A stretch of DNA of 64,000 bases, from assembly GCA_030704615.1 (NCBI GenBank), contig CM060733.1, positions 26,908,001 through 26,972,000 on the forward strand. Direction: 5' to 3'. The notes beneath the pieces were generated by a model, which made no database searches, was not told the origin of the DNA, and worked only from the letters and a program-made list of their open reading frames with translations. Shown in pieces: positions 49,240-61,476 of the stretch (the stretch's first letter is position 1; the number at the start of each line of letters is the position of its first letter). A program made the translations under genes and the position numbers. The stretch is from Takakia lepidozioides. Lineage: Eukaryota; Plantae; Bryophyta.

Positions 49240-52200
49240 AGATAACCAAAGTGAGATGTCCCAAGGTTTCATGTAGCAGTGTGGGATTTGCCAACTCCAT
49301 GTTTTGCCATGGGTTGCTGAAAACTGACAAATGGAGGATTTGGTGTATGTTCTCAGTTTTGGACTCCACAATTTGCGTTCTGTTTGGATGTCATGGATAC
49401 TTGTTGACTGGGTGGGCAAGATGATGACCTGCAAGTCCCAAACCCTGGAAAAGGGTACAATAGGTTTCAAATGTTCTCTCAACACAGTTTCTTCAGTTGC
49501 TTGCCTCTCCCTGCAGAGATAAATTGATTGTTTTATTGTTTCCAAACAGCACCATTGGAAGCTGTATGCATTCTGTTCGCATAATGGGTCTTTCAGTCTT
49601 CACATAAAAGGTGTGAGATTTCTTGACAGACAAGCAAGAGTGTGTACCTTTTTACTGTTCTGAAAGCGAAGTCCATCATGCTTGTCATAGGCAGACCATT
49701 CAAGAATGTTTGTTTTCTTGAATTCAAATGGATACACCTAGTTTCTTGACCCCTACCACAGTGAAATGGAAGAAATGAGAAGAAAGATGTCCCGCCAGAG
49801 CTGCACAGCGAGAGGAGGAAGTGGGTACAACTGCAGCCTATGGTTTGTGTACGCACCCCTTTCCCTTTCATCTCCAAGAATTCATGATGCTTTCAACTAG
49901 AAGCAGCTGTGACTCGCATGTTGTTCATGTGCATCTTTGTGGGAAAAGTGGATTCACAAGAGAAGAGTGCTTTGCGGCTGCATGTCCTAAACATATGATG
50001 TGAAGCTTCATATTGGGAACCAAATAGTGAATGTGCCTCAAGCTTATGGTTGCAGTTGCATTCACGGGAATACAATACATATCATCAAGAACATCATCCT
50101 CTCCCTATTACCCCCACTCTCTCATGGTTCACTCTCTATCTCTTGCTCTCTTGTTTTCCCTTTCTCTATGGACATTATGTCAACTATCTTGGCAGCACAT
50201 TGAATAGTTGTTTTGGGCTGTTTGTTGAGGACCCCACCAGCTTTCTTGCATCCTGCTTTCTTTTGTCCCATAAGCACTTTGAACTCTCTGGAAGTTAGAA
50301 AGTTTCTTCCTTGTTTCCTGTCTCCCCCAACTCATTGTTGGGGTACCCTGTCAGTTCTGAGCTTGTCTTCTGAATGGAAAGTGGATACATGTGAGATACT
50401 TTTTCCAAGTGTGTTTGCAGGTTCATGAGATCAGACTCCAGGATGAATTTCTTCTCACTATCTTCTTACCTCTGCTCTCCTGTAATCCCTTACCTTATTG
50501 GCCAGGCATGCAACGAGGCTGCTGAGGACCCTTCACCAGCCGGACAATTTAACTGCTTACTGTCCTCCAAATACTGGGCTTCAAATAAAGTTCGTCAAAT
50601 CCCAAGTGCGGAAATGAGAAATCATCAAAGTTTTCTGATGGCAATCCCCCTCGAGTTTCTGATCACAATCTCTCCTCCCTGCTTGTCAGATGACACTGAG
50701 TCTCAGAAGAGACATGAGGGGGGCTTCAGATCATGTTCGCACTTGGCACTCCTGACGTGTCACGGCTGGAGTGCAACTTTTCTTCATCCGCCTCTTGCGC
50801 GTGGTTACTGTGTGACTATGTATCTGGAAACATTTGACACACGGGTGTATGACGGTTAGTAATCGAGCACCTCACTGTCCATGCATCAACTACTTACAAT
50901 GCTGCTTTCCCGAAATGGCAAGCTCCTTTACCCCCCCCAACCCCATACTCCCAATCCCCTCCCTGGCGAAAAAAAACGCAGGGCAATACAAGTTCCTTGA
51001 ACTATGAGAATGTTTGTGAAATAATCATTGAAGTTCTCAACTGTTTGCCCACACCTCTGAGCAGGGGACAACAAACCTCCTGGTCCAAATACTTCATCCA
51101 GATTGATAAGTAGTTTAGTTAGTGATATAATACACAAAGGGGAGGCTGAAGTACGAGCAAATATAGCCAGGAAGTAGGAAGCAAACGTACCGTCTTCTCC
51201 AGCTCCATCACGATCTTCTGCTTTCTCAAAACATCCTACAATTGCATAAACACCTAAAAAACATTGTTATTAGTTTGATTCATGTACAGTCTTAGTACAT
51301 TGTGCAGAAGTAGATGTTGCATTGAGATGTTGGCCAGGGCTTTTAAGCAAAGACCTTCAGGGCAATATCAACAGCAAAATATAGGTCCAGCTCCAATTAT
51401 GTCTTGTCGGCCATGCACCTTCCCAACTTTTGCTCCAACTCCTCCATCTGTCAGGGGGGGGGGTCATTAGTGATTGCATTTGCTCACAACATACGGATTT
51501 GATGTGGGGGGGTTAGTATCTCCAGCTTGCATTCTATTGAAGGAAGCTATGCTAGATGCTCGGTATGTCTGACAACCAGACTCCCTCTTTTATGCTATTT
51601 CTTCTATGTTACGAAGGCCACGTTTTTCTCTCTCTTATGAAAATGAAGTTAGACATAAAACTTCCCCGAAATTGTTTCAAGTCTCTGATATGGGGGAGGA
51701 GGACATAATGGATGACCTCAAGGGTCTACCCACTCTCGGCATTAGACTGAAATTTAAACGCAGGGCGGGAAGCCTACCTTTGAACAGCAAACAGAAGCAG
51801 AGAGGAAGGTGCATGCTGAACCCAAACAGACATGAAAAGCTTATGGTTTCTATGTGTAAGCTCCAGAGTGATTAATGCATGAGTTTCTTAGGTCATAATA
51901 CGTTGTTTCTTACCATATCATTGTCTTCAGTCAAACTCGCCTTCATATAGGCATGCCCTTTTCCTCGCTTGACCTTCGATCATTTGGTTCCACGTGCCAA
52001 ATGAGGTGATGAATCTCACTTGGAATGTGGAGAGGCTTATCTCCACGTGAGGCTCATGAAAGCTTGTCTTCTTTTAGTAGAGCCTTCCGAGGCCTATCTC
52101 ACCACCATAGCTCTAGTTCTTGAGTGGTAGTGTGTGTAAGGTTTGTATGGTGGTTTCCTCAACAAAGATGTCATTGGCTTGACCTATAATGAATGATAGA

Positions 52201-52734
52201 GTGGGGTTACACTTGGAAAAGTTGGGTTTGCTCCTTAGCATGTGATGGTTTCATACTTGAAGGTTTTTCATTGCATTCCGCTTCTGTCATTCCTTTTAAG
52301 ACCAAAAGCAATTTCCTATGTATCCCTGTGCGTCTCCTATGTCGAGGCCCATCTAAGCCCAAGTGCATCTCACTATAGGCCCACGCACATGAGCCCACAA
52401 AGTGGTGAATGCGCCTGTCAGTGGGGCGAATTTGTCGTGGCAGGCGTGTCAGCGGGGCAACCGTGGGGAAGCGAACCCCACGTCCGCTTCGACATAGGTA
52501 AAGTGATTTTTTTTTCATCTTACATAATAGAAATCTTGTTTTTCCCAATAAAAAATGGGTTGGGTCGTCTCGCACCTATTGCGGTGACCTACGCAGGACC
52601 CGCCGTACTGTACTTGCTAGGGTTTTGATTTTTTAAGTGTATACATGGAAGATTTTCTTCCCAACTCTTTCTTGGGTTATCTTTTAGAGGGAGTTGAAGG
52701 GTCTTCTTCTTCTCTTAGAGGTGTGCAAAAAAAA

Positions 52735-53592
52735 ATGCAAGTTTTTCAAGCTCATCCAAATCATTTGCAGGAAGTCCAAGCTTTGAAAAATCATGTGTAT
52801 ATAATCCTGGCAGCTCAAGGAAATGGTGGGAAACCGTGGACAAATCATTGCATTGAGTTTTTGTTGGATTTGTGGGAGGAGAAACATTGGGAGTATAACC
52901 GAGGATACATGAGAGAAGTGAATTGGAAAGAGTTTGCAAAGCTGTTGAACCTAAAATTTGCAAATCATGTGTAACGGACCTGGAAGCAATGCAGAGACAA
53001 AATCAACAAGATGAAGGATAAGTACATAGAGGAGAAAGAGAAGACTAAGGTGACAAGTTCCGGGCCTTCAGATTGATCTTGGTTTGACAGATTTTGACAA
53101 CATTTTGGGAGGAACCTCGGAAATCAATGGTGTACCTCATGCTGTCGATCATGGAGTTCATTCTACTCATACTGAGACTGTAGAAGTGAGTGATGATGAG
53201 GATATTGTTCCACAAACTCAGCAGGAAGATGTGACGAGGACTACTAGTGAACGTATGACTCTTGTTTTTGGTGAAGGTGTTGAGGGTGTTGCACCTGAGC
53301 AGTTTGCTTCGGCTAATTCACCCAGGACCAAAGCTTGCAATCTCCCTAGTGTGCATAGAAAGCCGAATGAGAAAGCAGAGAAGAAGATGAGGCATTTGTA
53401 TGTAGGGTCCTCTACAATTGCAGATGTCATCAAAGACTTTGGCGATGGTGTGAAAGAAATAAAGAAACTGAGATGGAAATGACTTAGAGACTCACTACTC
53501 AAATGCTTCAGATTGAACAAGCAAAGAGAGAGATGATAGTGCAAGGACAATTGCAGATGGCTGCCCTCTTTGCAGAGGTTTTGAAGCCTTAA
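52735..53592 (+). pseudogene. Degenerate Myb/SANT-like (trihelix-type) DNA-binding ORF, as in the PIF/Harbinger accessory gene
   Basis: WTNHCIEFLLDLWEEK...NWKEFAKLLN...*RTWKQCRDKINKMKDKYIEEK...SD*SWFDRFDNILG, followed by a C-terminal coiled coil. Stops at 52972 and 53074 and a frameshift at about 53470; intronless. Confidence 0.75.
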
Positions 53593-56269
53593 GAATGATG
53601 CATAGCTTAGTATGTTTAGGGTATTTTAAGTTATGTGTGGAAAAACATCCAAATGCTGAGTTAGAGCTGCTATAAAAAAATGGTTTGATTTCAATACCAA
53701 ATGGAGTATATAATAGGTGTTTAGGCCTCAGCTAGATTATCTATCAACCACTGCTCAAATAACTTAGTCCTTAATTATTCTCCTTCTGCTTTTGCAATCT
53801 TTCCATCTCTTAGTGTCGGTAATCTATCAGTTTCCAAAACCCGCCAAATGATCTCTTCTAGCAGGGGCCTACAACTCACAATAATTATGCAAGACAGTAC
53901 AACAAGCAACCGCAATTCTGGCAGCTCTATCAATTCTAGAATTAAAATGTTTCAGAATGAGATGGAACATAAGATGCAACATAGGAAGGTCACAGAAAGT
54001 GTCGCGCACCTCATTTCGGTAAGCTCCCCTTCAGGTCATAGTTACTCGCTTTGATGCTTGCGCCTAACTCCCAAATTGGCCGCCGGGCCAACTCGGAGCT
54101 TCGGCTGCTCACCGAGACATAACGGTTCCCCTTTACTCCTCCACCAGATCCTCGCTCAATTTGGGCTAAGTGGAAATTCTTTTTGGTTGTTGGCAGTCCG
54201 GAGCAGCTCCCTACACCTTGGTCGCTTTCCGGCTCGCATGCTTACTCAGTAGTTTTTGGTCACCAACGGACTTGCACCGTTCTCGGGGTTACTACTCCAT
54301 ATATATACTTCGAGGGTTTCACAAACAACCCAGTCATTTTATGGCGAACCACCACGAAGACCCTCCATTCCCGGTGATGAGTATTGTGATGGTTGGTGGT
54401 CGTTCACTGGAAAAAAATGACGTTGCAAATATAGATTGAGGGAAACGACTTTTTATATAAAATAAAAAGTGATTGGAATACCGGTACAAAGTTGTACTAT
54501 GAACAATGGAAAAAATCCTAAAACGCTTCGTGCAACAAGTGAGTCTTGCTGTGAACTGGTATATATTGAACTCTGCGAGACCGCAGTCACAGTTATGGTC
54601 ATCGCCAAGCTTCTTAAAATTGCTCGAAGAAGAAAACGCAAGAACGGGAGGACGTGCAACAACAGGATGGACTGTGGACATAGAAGCGCGCGATACAAGG
54701 ATTGCTGAATTATGTGATGCATTTCGTTGAAAGACACAAACCAGCATTGCAGAAGGTTAATTTTGACCCCGCCGATAAAGGTGAGGGTGAAAGACACACC
54801 AAAATGTTGTAATGTAGCATAGTTTTACTAAACATCTACGATAAGTTCCAATCTTCTGAATCTGTAGTGAGATGGCTAGAATTACAATATAGGCCGCACT
54901 ACTTAGTATGTGGCAGTGTTGCGCTGCAAAAGAGCGTCAACTTTGCTGAAATCAAGTGTCGGCTGGTGAATGAACTGGTCTTTTTTGGGGTCACAATACA
55001 TCCTGTGCAAATATATATAGTAAAGATGCTTGTAGGGGACTCACTTCCCTCTCTTCTGGAGACTGCCCTCACGCATGCACACAAAATCTAGGCAGGTGCA
55101 ATCTGTAAAATTGCCAACCATCACCTGATATGCAGAACAACAGAGCCAGAAGTGACTAATGTAAATACCGATAATAATTTTGTTCAGGTATGTTAGCAAC
55201 CAAATTTTTTTGCACCAAGTTACAAACACACTACCTCCATCAATTCACAGTTGGAAGGTGTGACTCTGACCTGCAATGCAATGTTAGTGGTGAGATAGGT
55301 TGCAACTGAGAAGTAACCACCCCGAGTCCATTTCCAAATTCAGTAGTAGGCCGGAGAGAAAGTAAAAGCATTGTCCATGATCATGGTGGAGATGCTGTGA
55401 GCATTCTCGAAGTCTGATATAGTTGTTTGGGAGTATTGAATGAAAGTACCTGATTTGGTGTCTTCAGTCTTCACTCATACCCTATTAGGTGTGGGTAAGC
55501 AATGCAGTGCAAAGTGGCAAGGGGAGAATCACAGCCGTTCTTTTTACCAAAGGAGCACGGACAGTGAGTCGCACATGTAGAGAGTAAATTCCAACCAAGA
55601 GGGAGGCAAGTAAGGGAAGGGGGGATAAAAAAAAGAAAAAAGAGAAAAGATTGTGGGATCCGCGGGAAGCTAAGCCAGCTTAAGCAGAAAACAGGAGAGT
55701 TTTCAGCTTATGGAAACAAGATAGAAAGTGGGGCCCCCAACAACCAGCCACCACCACCACAAAAACTACAGAGAGAAACAAATTCTAAATCGTCCAAAGT
55801 CAAGGAAGATCCAAGAGCTAACACCGTGGGTCCAAAGGGCCTTGACACTTAGACCTCCATTCCTAAATACCTCTATGCCTCTGACCTCGCAAACAACACT
55901 TCACTGCATGAGACCTTCTACAATACTGAGAAGGGGCTCTTAAGGCATGGCTTCAAACAAAGGTATACTCAAGACCTAAACATACATAACTTGGTTACGT
56001 ATTTGCGAAAGAGTCGATGATGCCATTCTCCACAATTGAAAACAGGTTTTCCTATGATTTCAAAGCCAAACTGTTAAGCATAGTCCATTTTGATGATGTT
56101 GGAATCCAAGACCCTCCATTGCTTTAATAAATGGATCCGGTTCTGTCAGAATGGGAAATTACCACAGTTATTGGTGGTTTAAGCCTATTTCACAAAGTGT
56201 GAAAGAGAGGGAGAGATAGGAACACTAAACCATCAGTTGCGAGCTTTTAACAGTGTTTCAGCTTCTAAG

Positions 56270-59200
56270 TCAATAATTTATGATGGGCTGTGTTAGTACG
56301 GGATACTTGTTTTTGAGCTTCCGAAAGATGGATGGTGCAACTGTATTGTCTTTCTCAACAGCTTCCCACCTGCAGCAGTTACAAGTCACCAACCCCTTAA
56401 GTTAGGATTATCAACTAATTGCGGCCAGAAACTCTTACTCTTCGGTCCCAAAAATGGATACACTGAGAATTAGGCATAACTGATTGTGAGTGGAACTTTT
56501 CCAGTCTGTAAAAAACCTATCAAGAAGGGACACCCATCATTTTCTTTTCTCATGACTCCTGTACCACCAGTAAAAATGTCTTTCTGCTATCACCTCGGAA
56601 CAGCAGAGGCCTGCCTGAGGCAATGTCTCAGAACACATGTTGTGCTTTTTCTGACACTTTTGCTATTTCTCTGTTTCCATTGGGGCACTTTGGGACTCCT
56701 GTGGATGTGTTTTCTTGTTCTTCACTCCTGTAGATAGCATATTCAATAGTTATGATCTGATAAAAAATTGTACATTTTGTATGTTCTAAAGTTTCTTGCA
56801 ACATTACAACTTGCATCAGGCATTTTAAATGCAGTACCTATACATTGTGACAAGATGATGAAGGAATATTGCCATCTCCAATCTTGCCAGGCTCATTCCG
56901 AGGCACATATGGGGACCCGCTCCAAATCCCATGAATGCAAAAGGTTGCATACGTCCCTGTACTCTTAAGAAAATTTAGTGCCATCAGCTATTGCTCTAAA
57001 CTGTTTTCCTATAAAAGTATTCCTTTCCAGCACCACGTGAGCTTCCATTGAGTTGAGAGTGGAGGGAAAGAACATCAATTTGACATCATACTGATGGTAT
57101 GAAGTATGAACATAACAGAGGAAAACTCCATGGACAATTAGAGAGATGGCAATATGCACAATAAAACTAGAATCAGTTAGGGCACGATATATTATACACT
57201 AGTCTGTATACTCACATCAAACCGAGAGGGGTCAAATGTATAGGGATCCTTGAAAAGAGCAGGGTCATGATGCAAGCCGTAGAAGTCCAGCATCACTCTC
57301 CACCCTGTCATTACCTTATAACCTGCATGCATGCAATCACAGGAATGTTCTTATCCTATGTATCAATGTCTGTACGGCCTAAATAAACAGTCCAATCATA
57401 ATAAGGGAACAAAATGCATCGGTCCCTTAAGTGCTACGAGATATGAGATTTTTCATGGAGGCTATCAGAGCCTCCAGGAAAATCTCTTGGCCCATTGTTT
57501 CCTCTAGAGACTCAGAATCCCTCATCTGGCCAGGTACTACTCCCATAAGAGTTGTGGACGTCTGAATGCAGAACTGTTCATAGAAACCTGCAGCTCTGTT
57601 AATTTTGGAAACATTACTGTTTTGTAGTGGAAAAACTTAAAGAATCAATGTTGATGTGTACCATTGATCTCGGCATCCTTGACAGCTGTGCGCTGGATCC
57701 ACCTTGTCGAACTTGACAATCTCATTGACTAGGAGATTACCTGGAATCCCTTTCAAATTAGTAGAGAGATTTAAAAGGCTTACCCAGTACCCCTCATGAG
57801 GTGCTTAAGATTCTCTTTGAGAACAGTGACTTTTTCAAACTAACTTCAAATGACTGGGCTATCGGGGTGCAAGTTTAGGCGTACTATGTCAAGTGCCTGG
57901 CAGCAACAAATCCAGAGATTATTCCATGCAAAACTTGGGAAAAAACATATGCAAATCTTAGGGACTTGCATTCACCAACCTTCTGAGTGTAAGGCATATG
58001 TTTGGCTTCCTCCCATGTCAATGCTTTCTCTCCATCTGTCCTTTGTTCCTTAATGATCCTATGCTCTTCCTGCCATCCGAATTACAGGCTGAATTTCATG
58101 AACAGTTGGGTATAAAAGTACAAATGCTTGGGTATACCTAGTGTCCTATGGATGGGCCCTTCAGTTTATCTCTATCTCTTCATGTGGGGAATATAAGGCT
58201 ATGGCAAGCCAACGTTCGCAGGGAACGACATGAGTACATTCTATCTCTTCACCACCCCTCTATTTTTCAGTCCTACCAAACCAATAACAAAGAAATAAGA
58301 CACACTCCCAGTAAAGCAACTCACAGACATGATCATGAAGAGGTTTAGGTTAGTAGAACATGACACATTGCTGCAACTGTTGCTGGAGACTCACCCTCAA
58401 AGTGTCCAGCACAAATGGGTTTTCCTCTAAGTACTTGATTACCCACATGAGAGTGTTCCCAGTTGTTTCATAGCCTGCAGTGAGAACCAAAATTAGGTGG
58501 TCAACCAGTTGCACATCTGTTAATGAGTCTTGGCTTCCCACTGCCTCTCGCTTGACCATCTGCTGAAGGAAGTCATCCTCTATCACCTCCCCACTTCTCC
58601 TCTGATCTATAGTTTTCAAAAATAGAGCAGACAACCGTCCCCTAGCCTGCACAAGAGAAACTTTGCTACTCAGTGCACGTAATTCAATTTCAGCCACAAT
58701 TGATTACAGATGAACCCAGGTACTACAGTTGGGCATTTGTTGGGCCTCTTCCTCCATAGCCACAGAGGAGCTTTGACTCAATCGGACACACTCCAGACAT
58801 CAAACAACGCCCTACAACAGACTGTCAAGATTCTGTAAACTAAACCCTCCACCCACGATGCCCAAATTATGTATATGCAGGCAACCATCACTATTGCACA
58901 AAACGAAAAAGACACAACTCTTGTCTCAGAAAGCTTTTGGAAACAGCGCAAGGCTTAGGAGCTCACTCAGGTCAATGTTAACTGACAACAACCAAGGCTT
59001 AGGAGCTAGCTCAAGTTACCTCCATTGCTCGAGAGAATTTGCTTCCGGGAAACCTGTAAGGAAAACTACTGAAGCCAGAAAAAATTTCCTCGAAGATCAA
59101 CTTCATGTTTTCCAGTTCAGGACCTGGATGGTAGCTCATGATGATACATCCAATAACCGAGAATGAAAACTGCGCAGGATCCAGAAAATATCGCCTGAGA

Positions 59201-61140
59201 AATTATACATTGGTGACTGCATAAGCTTACAGCTACTGTATTGAGCTCATTCCAACAAGTCCAAATATAGTCTGCAGATCAGCAAAATCTCCCCCACAAA
59301 AATTCTTGGTGGCCAGAGAACAGACCTCAAGTCTATTGGAGAGTAAAACATATTTTGAACTCAGATCACTAAAGAACAACTAGAATGACACTGGCTGGAG
59401 AAGCATGCCATATAATGCCTGCTTGAACAATCTTTCAAAGTACCACCACTGTAAAGTTGATGCCTAATCCTTAGAAACTTGTTAACTGCTGAGACAGCAG
59501 CCCAGCTCCCTGCTGGGTAGACCTTGAGCCCAGATTCCAACATAAGCATGAGCAACTACAATCACATGGCTGGAGTGCCCCAACCACCGGGCTCCATGTT
59601 GGAAGCCTCAGCCTCAAAACACAAGCCAACAATGCCAAATTCCAACTGATATCTTGCTGATTAAGAATTTTGTTCCAACATATTCAGGAATCCCATTGCT
59701 GGCATAGAATTTTGTTCTTATGATCTGTTTGTAAGTATCAAATCCAGTACTTACATCAGTGGTCTCATCCAAAACGCGAACAGTTCGACCTTCCCATGTG
59801 CCAAGAATGTCCAAAGCAATCTCCTCAAATTTTCCAAGGAACCTCGTCAACTCTTCTTGAGAGATAGGCTCGCCGCCCAATTGCCTTAGCTTCTTATGCA
59901 TTTCCTCACTGGTCACACAAATTAGCCCATTTTCTCCAAGCAGCTTCGTCGTAGACCTGAAACTCTGATCATACCAGGGTGATTTGTCATGCGAGACTGA
60001 AAACCACACCCGAAAACACCATGGCAACCTTCTGTGTAGTTACAGCAACATAAGCAGCACTAGAAGCGTCCTGCAAATAGTAATATCATACATAGTTTGT
60101 TGCTGAGGAAGCGCCTTCATGGTAATTCATGCTGTGTTACATGGTTCATAACTTGATACTCGAACAGGTAGTTTGCAGGGGTGCTGCATCAGGAGCTAAC
60201 TGAGCTTGATATCTGATCTTCAAGTTCCGTCACTCAGATGTACCATCACCTATTCGAGACTTAGCACCAGACATGTGATATTGGGTGTGCAACTGGTAAT
60301 AGTCCTACTTAAGTCATAGCGCCATACTCTTTGCCGAGAGTAGTTTCTTGTCTTTTGGTATAGTTTTTAGCCAGCAGATTGGATAAAGTGTCGTTTCAAG
60401 CGCATTTTTGCCTGCTTGTTGCTAGTTCAGTTTTGCAGAATGGGATGAAGAGCCTACCGTGGATAGGAAGGAAACAAAATCTCCATTGATGACTTGCTTT
60501 ATGGCTTCACGGTCGGATATAACCACTGTAGGGGTACCCAAGAGTTTAGTCTTGAATATGCTCCCATACCTGCCACCACACATGAAGCGTTCCTTTCAGT
60601 GCTACAATCCAGACCGGATGCCTTCAGCTCCTCTTTAGTGGGTGTGCAGAGTTAGTTCCAACCCAAATTTCCAGCTGCAAATATTGTAGTCAGTTCTCAC
60701 TGATGACCCCACTCTCATCCAATTTCGAAATATCTGAGCTGCAATTACAATGTCACTGAAATTGACAGTTTACTGTCTACTGTACACACCCTAATTCCTC
60801 TCCCCGATTCCTTCCAGCTAGACTTTTAAACGTCAATGGAACTCTCACCCGTATAGACAAACGAAAACTGCAAATTTAAGAAGAGAGAGTGACACGGTGT
60901 GCGTGTCACAGGAAAGACTCACTTTTGATGGCGCTGGTGAACAAAATCATAGACACCGCGCTCTGGGTGGGAAAAGGAGGAAAAGAATTCTCGGTCCTCC
61001 CCCAGTAACGGCCATCCTAGGCTCCCGGGAAGATCCTTCCCACCATGCGACGCACTCCTGAGATATCGAGCAACAAACCCAATCAAAATCACGAAAGCAG
61101 CAATTGAAGTGAGCACAACGGGAACACTTTGATCTTCCAT
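56270..61140 (-). pseudogene. Cytochrome P450, CYP85 clan, CYP722-like; 10 exons with an in-frame stop at the K-helix ExxR
   Basis: Exons 61140-60923, 60569-60458, 59964-59755, 59169-59020, 58646-58396, 58069-57980, 57740-57662, 57322-57216, ~56956-56838 and 56369-56270. Motifs: LPGSLGWPLLGE, I-helix AGYETT, VIS*SMR (TAG at 57731-57729), FDPSRF and heme motif FGAGPHMCLG. Confidence 0.88.
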
Positions 61141-61476
61141 TCGTGCTCGCATCTCCAGCCCTGCAGGGCCCCGTCTCTACCCCACACAACGCAGTCAAAG
61201 TGCAAACAGCAAAAGTAATTTACTATTAAAAGAACAATTACTCCGAGGCTCTTTACCCGGCAATGTGGCGGGCGGGTGACCCTTGGAAGGGCAGGGCGGG
61301 CCTCGGCAACTATGTCCCAAGCCCAGGCGCTTATGGCTCCCTCCCTTATTACACACACAAGAACTGTAGCAGCAAGAGAGAAAGGAAAGTTTAGGTCTGA
61401 CGATTTAGGTCTAGGTGACGGTGTATTCAGTACTCTAGCTCAAAGTCTGAGAACATAAGAGCGTGCAGTGAGCGAG

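Noticed and set aside
57729-57731. RNA editing or readthrough rescue of the P450 stop
   Set aside because: Plant C/U editing is organellar, and U-to-C would give Gln rather than the required Glu.
781-61140. BAHD plus P450 as a biosynthetic gene cluster
   Set aside because: The two genes are about 50 kb apart, separated by unrelated housekeeping genes, with no scaffold-forming enzyme.
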